From: the human T2T-CHM13v2.0 reference genome, Homo sapiens | Strand: one strand, 5' to 3' | Assembly: GCF_009914755.1 (NCBI RefSeq) | Contig: NC_060925.1 | Length of the DNA stretch: 64,000 bases | Made by a program: the position numbers and the translations under genes | Part shown: positions 1 to 22,672 of the stretch, one piece after another | Layout: each line of letters starts with the position of its first letter | Numbering within the stretch: the stretch's first letter is position 1 | Notes under the pieces: model-generated | Seen by the model: the letters and a program-made list of their open reading frames with translations, nothing else | Database searches by the model: none | What the model was told of the DNA's origin: nothing

Positions 1-1599
<1,599 letters not shown>

Positions 1600-1630
1600 T
1601 CGATTTGTTTAAAAAAAAAAAAAATCTACA

Positions 1631-3305
<1,675 letters not shown>

Positions 3306-3746
3306 AACAACACAATCTTATTACATTATTAAAAGATCACTCTAGCCGCTGTGCTAAGAATGGATTGTGTAGGAGGTAAGGGGAGAAGTGGAGAGAATGT
3401 TGCAATAGTCCAGGCGAGAGAGAATGATGGCTACAACAGGAGCAGCAGTGGAGGGGGTGGTGAGGAGGAGCAGGAGTCTGGATTTATTTGGAAGGTTCCA
3501 TTTCCTGGTTTTAGTTCCTCATCAGACCTGTCTACTTCCTGCCCCCGTGTTCATCCAAATTTCCCCCTTTTTCCTCCCTCTAAATGTCCATTCTGCTTAG
3601 GCTAGCGTATGGGAAGGATTCTGCTATTTGCAACCAAACCATCCTGACTAGGCACCTTGGCTCTCCAGACTGATCTAATTCACCACTCCCCATGACATGA
3701 CCTGGTTTCATGCTCCCTGTGTTAAGCAAAGTGTTTTCTGTTGTGA

Positions 3747-4126
<380 letters not shown>

Positions 4127-4589
4127 AGCAGTCCAAGATTTATTTTATGATGTGGGAAAAATGCTTAAATCATATGTCACCTCCAGTTGTACCTACAACA
4201 TTAGATAAGAGGTAGAGATCATAGTAAGAGGTGCCAGCTGGGCACGGTGGCTCATGCCTGTAATCCCAGTGCTTTGGGGGGCTGAGGTGGGTGGATCACC
4301 TGAGGTCAGGAGTTCGAGACCAGCATGGCCAACATGGCAAAACCTCGTCTCTTCTAAAAATACAAAAATTAGCCAGGTGTGGTGGTGCACGCCTGTAATC
4401 CCAGCTACTCAGGAGGCTGAAGCAGGAGAATCTCTTGAACCCAGTGAGCCAAGATCCTGCCATTGCACTCCAGCCTGGGCTATAAGAAGAAAACTCCATC
4501 ACAAAAAAAAAAAAAAAAAAAAAAAAAAGAGGTGCTAAAATATATAGCCAATACTCGGCGGGTGTGGTGGCTCAGGCCTATAATCCTGA

Positions 4590-5038
<449 letters not shown>

Positions 5039-8000
5039 TAAACACCTAGCATCTGTCAGAAGCTAGGGATACAACAATGACAGAGACAGATATGTTCCCC
5101 GCCTCCATGGAGTTTATATTTTAGTAAGAAAGACAGACAGTAACAAGTAAAAATGCCAAAGAAGAAAAACGCGAAGCAATGCAAGTGATAATCTAATGAA
5201 GGAAAAAAGCAAGGAGTTGCTAAGATGGAAAAAAAGACTAATTCTTGTGAAGTTAAATACAATTAGCTTGAACTCACAGCCCTTGGAGAGTGAGAAACAA
5301 GAGTCCCTCTAGTATTTCAGCATGTAGTTGAGGATGGAGGGCAATGAATCTCTGGCTTCTGGTCTACTCTGGCTCCAGTTCCCGTCTCTTGGATTCTTAA
5401 CTCCCTGCCATCAACCAGATTCCTGGGATGAACAAGCAAGACATTGAGAATCGTATAGTACCACCTGGTTCTGTACTCGAGCCCATTATCAGCATTTTTT
5501 TTTCCTGGCAGATCATTTTCCACCATTCCTTTCCATCAGTGGGCTTCCTAGGGTTGATGGCATACTGAATCCTCCCTAAGCCAGCCACACCCTCTTGTCT
5601 AGAACTGTCCTCAGAGTATGGGCAGAATAGTATAGGGGTTCAGAATCCCCACCCTGCCACTTACTAACTATGTAACCAGAAGCAAGCGACTTAAGTCTCT
5701 CTATGCCCCAGTTTTCTAGTCTTTTTTTTTTTTTTTTTTTTGGAGACGGAGTCTTGCTCTGTCACCCAGGCTGGAGTGCAATCGTGTGATCTCGGCTCAC
5801 TGCAACCTCCGCCTCCCAGGTTCAAGCAATTCTCTGCCTCAGCCTCCCAAGTAGCTGGGATTACAGGCGCCCGCTACCACACCTGGCTAATTTTTTGTAT
5901 TTTTAGTAGAGACGGGTTTTCACCATCTTGGCCAGGCTGGTCTTGAACTCCTGACCTCATGATCCACCCTCCTCAGCCTCCCAAAGTGCCAGGATTACAG
6001 GTGTGAGCCACTGCACCTGGCCTTTCTGGTTTTAAAATGGGATTATTAATATTCCTAACCTCATAGAGTTAATAGATGTAAAGCATTTAGAGTCGTGTCT
6101 GGCTTATTAATAAATGTTAGCAATCATTCTTATTTAGCACTTTTCCATGGAAGGCACTGCAATAGCTACCTTATGTACTATAGCTCATTGAATCTTCTCA
6201 AGGTCATGCAAGGCAAGTGGTATTACCCCATTTGCAGATTGGAACACTGAGGCTCAGAGTGGTCAAGGCATTGTTTTGCTCAAGTTTCCACAACCAAGAA
6301 GTAGCTGACCTGGGATTTAAACCTGGGAAGGTGACATTGAATATTTCCCCCTCCTTCCTCCACATTATTCTGCCTACCCCGGAGACGAGTTTCACACCTC
6401 CTTTCCTCAGCCTCTCTTGGTCTTGGGTGAATTCATCCTCTTTCCAAGACATGTTTTGCCAGTCAAGCCCTTGAAGGTCCTTTCAGGTCCATGAAGCTGA
6501 TTGCTTTTAAATGTAGGTCCCTTAGGAGATGACTTCATCTCAATCTTCCAATCCTCTCATTTTATATATAGAGAGAAACTTAGTCTCACCATCTTTTATA
6601 ATTTTCTACAGAAATTAAAGTTTCTCTTCTGAATTATAAAGTCATGATAAAACGTATCTTCCAAAGGACGTAGGAATTGATCTGAAATTTCATCAAAAGT
6701 TTATCTCAAACGTTAAATCATGATCATTCTGGGGCACTTCCACATTCCAGATCTACAAGTGTCAAAGCTAAGGGAACTGAACAAAATATATAGAACTGTA
6801 TATCTCAGAAAAGAGAAGTAGCAGCAGTTGACAGGAAGAGCAACATCCTCAATTTTCAAGATATTTACAAAGTTTGTGTGTGTTTTTCTCTTCCTAAGTT
6901 CCCTCTTCAAAGAAAATTATTCCTCCCCAGTTCCAATAAACTTTTGCTGACCAGCACAACCTGTCCACCTTTGCTATTAAAGGGACAAAAAGTAAGTCAG
7001 CTATGAGGCACCTTATATATTAGTAAAAACTAAAAATAATTATAACAGTCAGTGCTGGCAAGGATATGACAAAACTAGTATTTACATAATTTGCTGGTGG
7101 TGGTGTAACTGTCACAACCCTTCAAAAAGAACTTTGGCAATATATTTCACCGGGTGGTAATTCCTTTCCCAGAACTTTATTATAACTAAATTATAATAAA
7201 GGGGAAACAAAGTAGCAAAAACCTGGAAATGACTTGCATGTCACGTGTTTTGAGCACTTACTTTGTAGCAGGTTCTATGTTATACACTCAACACAAATAA
7301 TCTCATTTAATCCTCAAAACAATTCTAGGAGGGATATGCTATTTTACTCCTTGTATTCTGAATGGGGAAACTGGGACTACAAGGAATAAAGTAATTTTCC
7401 CATGGCTCAACAGCTGTAGGGCAAGGGAGGGTTTAAATCATTGAGGAACAATGAAGATACAGAATTCTTCTTCCTTCTACAGTAGTGTATGGAGAAGGGG
7501 CATGGATGGCCACTTCTCAAGCCTCTACAATGTGCTAGTTACTGTAGATTGGTTGTCTCATTAAAGCCTCTCATCTTCAAGATAGGAGATCAATAGACTC
7601 TTTGACAAGTGTGGAAACTGATACTAAGAAAGGGGAAGTGGTCAACTCAGTCAGACAACAAGTGATCACTGTCCCAGAATTCTAGCCCAGCATGTCTGAT
7701 TCTAGAGTCCATGCTCCTTCCTCAGGCTGTCTCTTTAAGAAAGACTCAAAATATAGTAACTGAAGTCAATTCAGGCATGGGGAATGTTGGGCTGGTGGAG
7801 ATGGGGAGGATGTTTGACCGCTGAGCCTAGAGGACACTGACCTATCTCCAGAGGCACTTTCTGGGAAATCAGACAGCCCTAGGTTTGGGATCCAAGGAGG
7901 AGTGGGAACATGGTATAGCCTTAGCAGGTCTTTAACCGAGGCAGCTAAGAGGCAGGTAATATGCAAAGTCTGAGGCTATGTTCAGTCACAACTGGAGAAC

Positions 8001-8122
8001 TAAATAGAAAAATTGAGGCAGAATCTCAGTCAAGGACCATAGCAGCATGGGAGAAGAAGAAGACGGCAGCATTGTGATTTGTGGGTTTCCAGAAGTACCC
8101 TCCAATACTCCATGGCCTTTTC

Positions 8123-8298
8123 CTTTTTTTTTTTTTTTTTTTGTAATTCAACTTTAAGTTCTGGGGTACATGTGCAGGATGTGCAGGTTTGTTACACAGG
8201 TAAACATGTGCCATGGTGGTTTGCTGCATAGATCAAGCCATCACCTAGGTATGAAGCCCCCCCTCCATTAGCTATTCTTCCTGATGCTCTCCCTCCCC
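8123..8298 (-). mobile_element. 5'-truncated L1PA-type 3' end
   Basis: polyT followed by GTACATGTGCAGGATGTGCAGGTTTGTTACA...CATGTGCCATGGTGGTTTGCTGCA. 16-bp TSD ACTCCATGGCCTTTTC at 8107-8122 and 8299-8314. Confidence 0.92.
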
Positions 8299-8452
8299 AC
8301 TCCATGGCCTTTTCTGTGTCCACAACGGCTTTCCCCACAGGAGAAAAGGGGCAAGATCACAGACCATGACAATATCTTGCCCCTTTCTAGGGATCACCCT
8401 CCTGTCCACCAGACCAGAAGCAAATGGATACAGGAGGCAAAACTGGTCCTGG

Positions 8453-8792
<340 letters not shown>

Positions 8793-9341
8793 CTAACCAC
8801 ACCCACGCCCTTGCTGGGCTTGGTCCAGGATGTAAACTGGGTGGGCTGACAGGAGAGACCTCGAAGGAAGGGGCTGGGAAGGCTGAGGAAGCAGACTCAG
8901 GGGAAGAAAACTCCTCATCACGGACTTGTTCTCTGCCCTGGGATGTTAGCACATGAAACAAGAGGCTCCATTCACATCTCCAAGACTCTTGCCCTCTGTT
9001 CCCTTAAGCCCATAGCACACCTTTCCTTCCTTCCTGTGTAGATCACAAGGGGACCAGGGAAGGGATTGCACAGCAGGATACAAATGAGGAAAACTGGGCT
9101 CAAGCTTCTGTTCCACCCACAAGGGCCACTGTGCCCTGAGTCATGTTCCCAGCAACGAGAAAACCTAGAGTGCATCCAGGGGTGAAATCTTCCTGGGGAA
9201 AGGCACTCAAGATGGATGATTCACTCTCCTGAGTGCAGAATGAGGTGTCAAGGTGTGTGGTTCTAAGAACCTTGTCAAACAGATCAGACTCACCTTGGAA
9301 AGACAGTGCCTCCACCCCAGAGGCACCATCTCCCATAGTCA

Positions 9342-9761
<420 letters not shown>

Positions 9762-11192
9762 TTAGTACTCACTGTGTGTCAGGTATTATTCTATGCCTTT
9801 TACTTAATCCTTAGGGCAACCCCATGCAGTAGATGATAATGTCACTCCCATTTTACAGATGAGAACCAGGTCACAGAGAAGTTCAATGACTCACCCAGGG
9901 TCACACAGCTACTAAGTGGCAAGGCCAGAATCTGAACCAAGGTAGTCTGGCGCCAGAGACTGTGCCCATAACCATTTCACCAGTGATTACCTAGCTATGC
10001 CTAGCTGGTCATCTAGTGATTACCTAGTTATGCCTAAGGAATAACCTGGAATGGGGGTTTTATCCTTCTCTCTTGCTGCATATCAGCACTCTGTGGCAGA
10101 AAATGGTCATAGGCAGCTCCTGAGTTCCTATCTCCCCTATTTAAGACTGAACCTGGAATTCCAGATTCCCAGGAAAGGGACTCTGATGGGCCAGTGCGAG
10201 TCAGATCCATCCATACCCCTAATCCAATCAGTCGGGCAGGGTTGAGGGACACAGATTCACATAGTTATAGAAGCCCCATCGTATCAATCATGTGACAACG
10301 GCAGGGACGATTACCAGAAAGATGGGGAGGATGCACTGAAAAGTCACCGCAAAAGGTTTCCACTGTAGGAAACTGAGGCTCAGGGAGTTGAACAATTTGC
10401 TCAAGATCACCCAGAGTTAATGAAGCCCAGATTCTAACTCATTTTGTTTTTTTCCTCCAAATCTAGGTCCTTTTCTCCATACCACCCAGCCTCCCCACAA
10501 AAAGGGAGATACCTTGGTTAGATGCCTAAGGTAAGTTCACAAGTTAATTTTCATTTAACCAGTGTTCTTTAAGCACCTGTTATGTATCAGGCACTGTTCT
10601 AGGCACTGAGGTTACATAAACAGATAAAATCTTGTCTGAAATAAAGGCAAGGTAAAAAACAAAAAACGACAACAGAGAATGAAGGCGCCAGCTCTCGTGG
10701 AGCTGACATTCTACTGAATCCCTTGAGTGAGGACAGAGGCCTCTCCTCAAGAACTGCTCCTTCAGCTGGGTCCCAGGTGGTGTGAAACATGGAGAGAACT
10801 TGGGTTTTGATGTCTGTTGTAGACATTGGCTCCTTTTATTGGCATGAACTATTCCCTTGTAGATTGCACAAGTGGCACCGATTCTTCACCTTTCTCTGTA
10901 TCCACACCCTTTGTCACAAAACTTCGCGGTGCTCTGATTCTGGGCTTAGTCATGTGACTTGCAGTGGCTCGTGCCTGTAATCCCAACACTTTAGAAGGCT
11001 GAGGTGGGAGAATCATTTCAGCGCAGGAGTTCAAGATCAACCTGAGAAACAAAATGAGACCCAGTCTCTACATATAATAAAGTTTAAAAAAAAATTAGCT
11101 GAGCCCTGCGTGGTGGCTCATGCCTGTAATCCCAGCACTTCGGGAGGCCGAGGCAGGCGGATCATGAAGTCAGATCGAGACCATCCTGGCTA

Positions 11193-12355
<1,163 letters not shown>

Positions 12356-12513
12356 GGAGGATTGTTTGAGCCTGGGAGGTCAAGACTGCAGTGAGCTGCC
12401 ATCGCACCACTGCACTCCAGTCTGGACGATAGAGCAAGCAAGACCCTGTTTCAAAAAAAAAAAAAAAAGGCATGCAGTTCATATAGCGTTTTTACTTAGC
12501 AGCCTCCACCTAG

Positions 12514-13574
12514 TGAAACCGTCTTTGCAAAAATTATAACAGTGAAAGCGATCTGATCTAACCAACCTCCCTATCTTGCCTTTAACCTCCAATCTGCCCT
12601 TGGTCATTCCTGGACTTGGGCCAAGCTAACTTTGGGAGAAATTTAGTTTATAGCTTAAATGATAATAGCCCTTCTCCCAAACGAAATCACCTTGGTAAAA
12701 CTAATGAAAGACCACCAGGTTAGGAGGATAAGAGAAGCCTGAATTCGGCTAAGATGTAGGCATAAATGATTACCAGCCATTACTCCAGAGGTCACAAGAT
12801 TTGCAACTTCCTCAATTACTCCTGCAGATAACATCATTATTGTAGAACCTAAGATTGGCTTTGAGTTGTCTTTTCAGGCCTTTGCATTTCTTTTCTCTCT
12901 CTCTCTCTCTCTTTTTTTTTTTTTTTTTTTGTTGTTGTTGTTGAAACAGGGTCTTGCTCTGTTATCCAGGCTGGAGTGCAGTGGCATGATCATAGTTCAC
13001 AATAGCCTCAACCTCCTGGGCTCAAAGGATCCTTCTGCCTTAGCCTCCCCAGCTGGGACTATAGGCATGCACCACCACACTCCGCTAATTTTTTTTTATT
13101 TTTAGTAAAGATAGGGTCTCACTATGTTGCCCAGGTATGTCTTGAACTTCTGAACCCAAGCTATCCTCCCACCTTGACCTCCCAAAGTGCTGGGATTACA
13201 GGCATGAGCCACTGCACCCAGCCGGCTTTTGCATTCCTGATGACCCGATGGCCCCACTGGACCCACCGACTGGATTTTGGCCCCCACCCATAAGCAGACT
13301 CAGCATGCTAGGACCATTTTCCACACCTCTATAATTGCATCCCAGCCAATCAGCAGCACCCATTCCCTAGCCACCCACCTCCCTGCCAAAGGTTATCTTT
13401 GAAAAACCTTAGCCTCCAATTTTTCAAGGATACTGCTTTGAGTAATGATAAAACGCTGGTGTCCTGTTTAGCCAGTTCTACATGTGTGAGACTCTTCCTC
13501 TATTGCAATTCCCCTATCTCGATAAATCAGCTCTATCTGGGCAGTGGGCAAGAAGAAACCACTGGGCAGTTAAA
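12514..13574 (+). mobile_element. LTR8-family solo LTR with internal antisense Alu
   Basis: Starts TGAAACCGTCTTTGCAAAATTATAAC. TSD CTAG at 12510-12513 and 13575-13578. Confidence 0.8.
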
Positions 13575-14747
13575 CTAGCAACCTCCATTTAACCCAAAAC
13601 AAAGGGCCTCCATCCCCCGCACAGTCTGTGTTCCAAGGGATGGGCCAGGGGTTTCAATGTCCTTCATAGATAAGGAGTGAATCTCTGGCTTGGCCACTCC
13701 CAGATCCCTCTTGGATCATAGGGTAATTCATAGGGTATGCTTATATTATGACTGTCAGGTGTGTCTGCCATACAACCCTTCTCACACCCCTGCCATCACC
13801 CATGAGAACATGCCAGACTTTCCTACTGAAGGAACAGACCCAGATGCCCTAGTCTTCCCAGCCAAGGTCAGACTAAATCAATCAACAGCCAGCCAACCTC
13901 CAGATGTGTAGCATGTCCAAAGCAGAACAGCAGAGCTGTCTAGCTGATCACCAGATGTATGAGTGATCTGTGATGAACGATGAATGTTTAAATGCTTCCG
14001 AAGCATGTGATTATTTGCTATTTATCACTGTTGTGGAAATAGATAACTGAAATAACCTCCTCTATCCCAATAATGTGTTAATTTCCTTTGTAGCCTTGAT
14101 TGAAAAGTAACTCCAGATGACCCATTTCATTAAATAATCCATGGAGGACAGGGCCAGAGTTGATTCCATCAGACACCCTCTCCTGAGAATCTGAATTTTG
14201 AAACAGTGCGGGCAGGATAGGAGATCTTGTTGGAAATCATTCATCATGGTGGTAGTGGCAGCACTCAGGTGAAAATGTGCCTGCAACCTGATCCTAGGCC
14301 TTCCAACTCTCCTTTGGTTCCTGTGTATCCCCAAGCTTGCTTCTCCAGCTACCTACAACTTATTTGAGCCCCACCCACATCCTTCCAATAAATTCTATTT
14401 TGCTAAAAATAGGCAGAGGCGATGTCTGTTGCTTGCAACCAAGTATCCTAACTGCTACTCCACCATGTAGACCCTAATTCAAGTCCCAGGCCTGCTATTA
14501 TACTTAGCAGCTGATCCTTGTCCAGGAATTGTACCCCGCCATTATCATGGGCCCAGGTTCCTTCTATCACTGTTCTACTATTGTGGCCCATAGCTTTCAC
14601 CTTCAAAGTCACTTCAAGGCATAAGATGGCTGCAGGAGCACCAAATTCCAGGCAAGGAAAAAAAAAGGAGGGAAGAGCAGAAGGGGATTATAGCTGAGTA
14701 AGCTTCTTTGAAGCACTATTTCCAGATGACCTATCAACTCTTTCACT

Positions 14748-15628
<881 letters not shown>

Positions 15629-16703
15629 ACTTACAGCTCATTGACCATAACTTAGTCACAGGGCTACACCTAGCTATAAGGAATGTAATCTTTCGGCTAG
15701 GTGCATTGCCAGCACCTAGATTAAAAACAGGGTTCTTCTACTTAGGAACAGGGAGACAATAGATATTAGGCAACACGCCTTCTTGCTGCAGCTAATTGCT
15801 CATGTTCAACAGTATGTATAATAATTCTTAACAGATTATAAAATGATTTCCTCTCCATTACCTTCCCAAGTTGGGCGGTGGTTTGTGCCTGTAAATCTCA
15901 GCTACCCAGGAGGCTGAGGCAGGAGGATCATTTGAGGCCAGGAGTTTGAGTCTATTACCTCCCCAGAGCCTCCTAACATATTCGTGCAGTAGTTGCCATT
16001 ATCTTCATTTTTACAACTGGGGAAACTGAGGTTCAGAGATAGACAATCAGTTACCTAAGGCCAAACAACTAGTGACGTCAGAACTAGGAGACAAATCCAG
16101 CTCTAACTCCAAGGTCCATGGTCTTCCCCATTGCCCCTCTTGCCCTCCTGAGCTTCTTTTGGCTGCTGCTGTAGTTAAAGGTCATTTATTGTGAAACATC
16201 CCTAATGTTAGGAGCCATTAACAGGCCACACATAAGATCAAGTGTAAGCAAATTGACTATGGAGAGCTGTCGTCTTCTCTTTCCTTTCTAGTGCTCCTCT
16301 CTCTCTCCCCAGTGCCCACAGAATACATGAATGTATGTGAAGTTACTTCTGGAATGCTGCCCTCTCCGGCCAACCTGTAGCCTGGGGCAACATTTGTGCC
16401 CACTGGGCTGATAAGGGAGGGACATCAGCAGTTACCTAAGGAGAGACAAGCTCTCTGTAATTCAAGAACAATCAATGACCCATCCCAAGTGTTAAATTAT
16501 CCACATCTTAGAAGAGTGAAGAGAAGGGAATTGACATTATACCCATTTTACATATAAGGAAACTGAGGCAAATGCCCAGGATCACATAGCCAGCAAGTGT
16601 CAGGCCTGAGATTCAGGATGATCTCGATCTCCTGACCTCGTGATCCTCCTGCCTTGGCCTCCCAAAGTGCTGGGATTATAGGCGTGAGCCACCGCACCTG
16701 GCC

Positions 16704-17279
16704 CAGAGTTTTATTATTACTCAAATCAGTCTCCCCGAGCATGTGGGGATCAGAGATTTTAAGGATAATTTGGTGAGCTGGGGAAGGCCAGTGAGATGAG
16801 AGTGCTGATTGGTCAGGTCAGTGATGAAATCATGGGAAGGTGAAGCTGTCCTCTTGGGCTGAGTCAGTTCCTGGCGGGGGGGCCACAGATCAGATGAGCC
16901 AGTTTATAGATCTGGATGGTGCCAGCTGATCCATAAAGTGCAGGGTCTGCAAAATATCTTAAGCACTGATCTTAGGAACAGTTTAGGGGAGGTCAAAATC
17001 TTGTAGCCTCCAGCTGCATGACTCGTAAACCATAATTTCTAATCTTGTGGCTAATTTGTTAGTCCTACAAAGGCAGTCTAGTCTTCAGGCAAGAAGGAGG
17101 TTTGTTTTGGGAAAGGGCTGTTATTGTCTTTGTTTTAAACTATAAACTAAGTTCCTCCCAAAGTTAGTTCAGCCTGTGCCCAGGAAGGAACAAGGACAGC
17201 TTAAAGATTAGAAGCAAGATGGAGTCGGTGAGGTTAGATCTCTCACTGTCTCAGTCATAATTTTGCACAGGCAGTTTCA
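16704..17279 (-). mobile_element. LTR8 (3'-truncated)
   Basis: Minus-strand start TGAAACTGCCTGTGCAAAATTATGACTGAG and LTR8 body motifs. Confidence 0.8.
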
Positions 17280-17299
17280 ATCCCCTCTTCCCTTTGTGT

Positions 17300-19255
<1,956 letters not shown>

Positions 19256-19596
19256 CTCATCCTCCTTTTTGAGGAACTAACTCATCCTTTTTGTTCCAAA
19301 GGCCAAAATTCCCTGACTCATGCATGTGGCAATTCTGGCTTCTTAAGAAACACTCAGCGTGTTTTAGAATGGTCTGGGAAGTCAAATACAAGGGGAAAGC
19401 CTGACTAGTCCCACTGTGTTCCTCTCTGCTATGGTTTCAGGTTTCTAAAGAAAATGCAGGGTTACAGAACATGAACTTGGTGAAAAGGGGCAGGGGAATG
19501 GGATTATGGGCTGGAGTGAAAAGAGAGGTTATGGGCCAGGCGCGATGGCTCACACCTGTAATCTCAGCACTTTGGGAGGCCGAGGCGGGCAGATCA

Positions 19597-19863
<267 letters not shown>

Positions 19864-19905
19864 TTATGTGTGGAGAAAGACACACTCCATCAGGTCAGGA
19901 CATAA

Positions 19906-20049
<144 letters not shown>

Positions 20050-20425
20050 TAAGTTCATTTCATGGGAAGCACTGTTCTAACCAATTCTAAATCCTCAAAA
20101 CCATCCTATTATATCGTCAGTATAATTATTCCCATTTTACAGATGAGGAAAATGGCACAGAGAGGTTAAGTCTACCTAAAAATCACAGACTAGGAAGTGG
20201 CAGAGACAGAAATTGAACCCTGGCAATGTGGCCCCAGAGACCACTTTATTGATCATTCTGTGACACCGTATGGACTTTGGAGTCAGAATTGTCTGAATTT
20301 AAACTCAGATGTCTAATGAGTACATGATTACAAACCATTAATAATGTGAGATTGCTGGGCTCAGTGGCTCACCCCTGTAATGCCACCAACTTGGAAGGCC
20401 ATGGAGGGAGGATTGCTTGAGCTCA

Positions 20426-20578
<153 letters not shown>

Positions 20579-20742
20579 CTACTAAAAATACAAAAATTAA
20601 CTGGGTATGATGTCACGCGCCTGTAATCCCAGCTACTGGGGAGGCTGAGGCAGAAGAATTCCTTGAATCCGGAGACAGAGGTCGTGGTGAACCAAGATTG
20701 CACCACTGCACTCCAGCCTGGGCAACAGAGTGAAACTCCTTC

Positions 20743-20773
<31 letters not shown>

Positions 20774-21189
20774 AAGTGAGCCAGTTATGGTGGTGTGCCT
20801 GCAGTCCCAGCTACTGGGGTAGCTGGGGCAGGAGGATCACTTGAGCCCCGGAATTCAAGGCTGCAGTAAGCCATGTTCATGCCACTGCACTTCAGCCTGG
20901 GTGACAGAGTAAGAACCTGCCTCAAAAAAAAAAAAAAAAAAAGTAATGCTAGAGAAATCCAAACTAAAAACAAGATTTTTATTTTACACCTACCTGCAAT
21001 TTTAAAGTTGGACAGTGCCAAGTGTTGGTAGGAATGCACAGAAATAAACACATTTGTGTAACTAGGGGTGGGAATGTAGACTGGTGCAGCCATTCCAGAA
21101 GCAATTTGACAATTCTTTACCAAATTAAATAAGTGTAGCCTACGACCTGGGAATGTCACTCCCAGGTCTACATTCTAGAAAAATTCTTA

Positions 21190-21525
<336 letters not shown>

Positions 21526-22026
21526 CTATCCCCCACCATCCCCCACCCAAAAAAAGAAAGAAAAGTAAAGGGAACAGAAGGCAACCTGAGTGTCCATCAC
21601 CAAGGGAATGGGTAGAATGTAGTGGATGTACACAGTGGAGGACCCAGCAGACACTGACATTGTTGAACTAGATGTACACACTCCAACATGATTCCATTGC
21701 AAAAATAATGCTGAGGCAGGGGAAATGAGACACAGAATAAGGTCAAATTATGTGAACTATAACTTTTATGTAAATTTAAAATGGATACACACACAGAATA
21801 ACACTATACGTTTTACAAGCATACCTACATCAAGGATATATATCGCCTGCACTAGAACTGCTGTGGAGGATGAGAATGGAAAATGATGATAAAAGAAAAT
21901 GACATGTTAGCCAGGCACAGTGGCTCACGCCTGTAATCCCAGCATTTTGGGAGGCCGAGGCGGGCGGATCACCTCAGGTCGGGGGTTTGAGACCAGCCTG
22001 ACCAACATGGAGAAACCCCATCTCTA

Positions 22027-22188
<162 letters not shown>

Positions 22189-22571
22189 TCAAAAAAAAAG
22201 AAAAAGATAAAGAAAAAAAAGAAGGAAAATGACATGCATTCAGACAAAAATGTATGAGAAGCATCTTGCACAGTAGAGGTAAAATAAGGATCTCTGCATC
22301 CTGATTATTGCTGCGTGACCTTGGATGTAAGTCATTTCACCTGCTTGATGCTCGTCTTTCTTGTCTGGAAGATGGAAGATAGGGACCTTCACATTCTGTA
22401 TCATGAAAGATGTCCACAGGGGAAGGGAGTGTGGCAGAATGAGCTTTGGAGCTGGACATACCCAGCTAGGCCAGCCATTCGCTGTGTGACCTTGGGAATC
22501 ACTTTACTCTCTAAGCATCTGTATTTTGGGGGTGGGGATTTGGTTTTCATTTTTTTTAATTTATTTTAATT

Positions 22572-22672
22572 ATATGGAATGCTTCATGAATTTGTGTGTC
22601 ATCCTTGTTCAGGGGCCATATCTGTATCTCTATATTGTTCCAGTTTTAGTTATGTGCTGACGAAGCAAGCAC
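22572..22672 (-). pseudogene. RNU6-176P: U6 snRNA retropseudogene
   Basis: Reverse complement GTGCTTGCTTCGTCAGCACATAACTAAAACTGGAACAATATAGAG...ATGGCCCCTGAACAAGGATGACACACAAATTCATGAAGCATTCCATAT, followed by an A-rich tail. CpG decay is evident and the ACAGAGA box is mutated. The number is recalled and cannot be derived from sequence. Confidence 0.93.

Noticed and set aside
5419-5568. Further possible exon of the candidate dead gene (acceptor ...CAACCAG|ATTCCTGGG, ~49 open codons)
   Set aside because: No convincing donor and the frame is ambiguous, so it is too weak to call without alignments.
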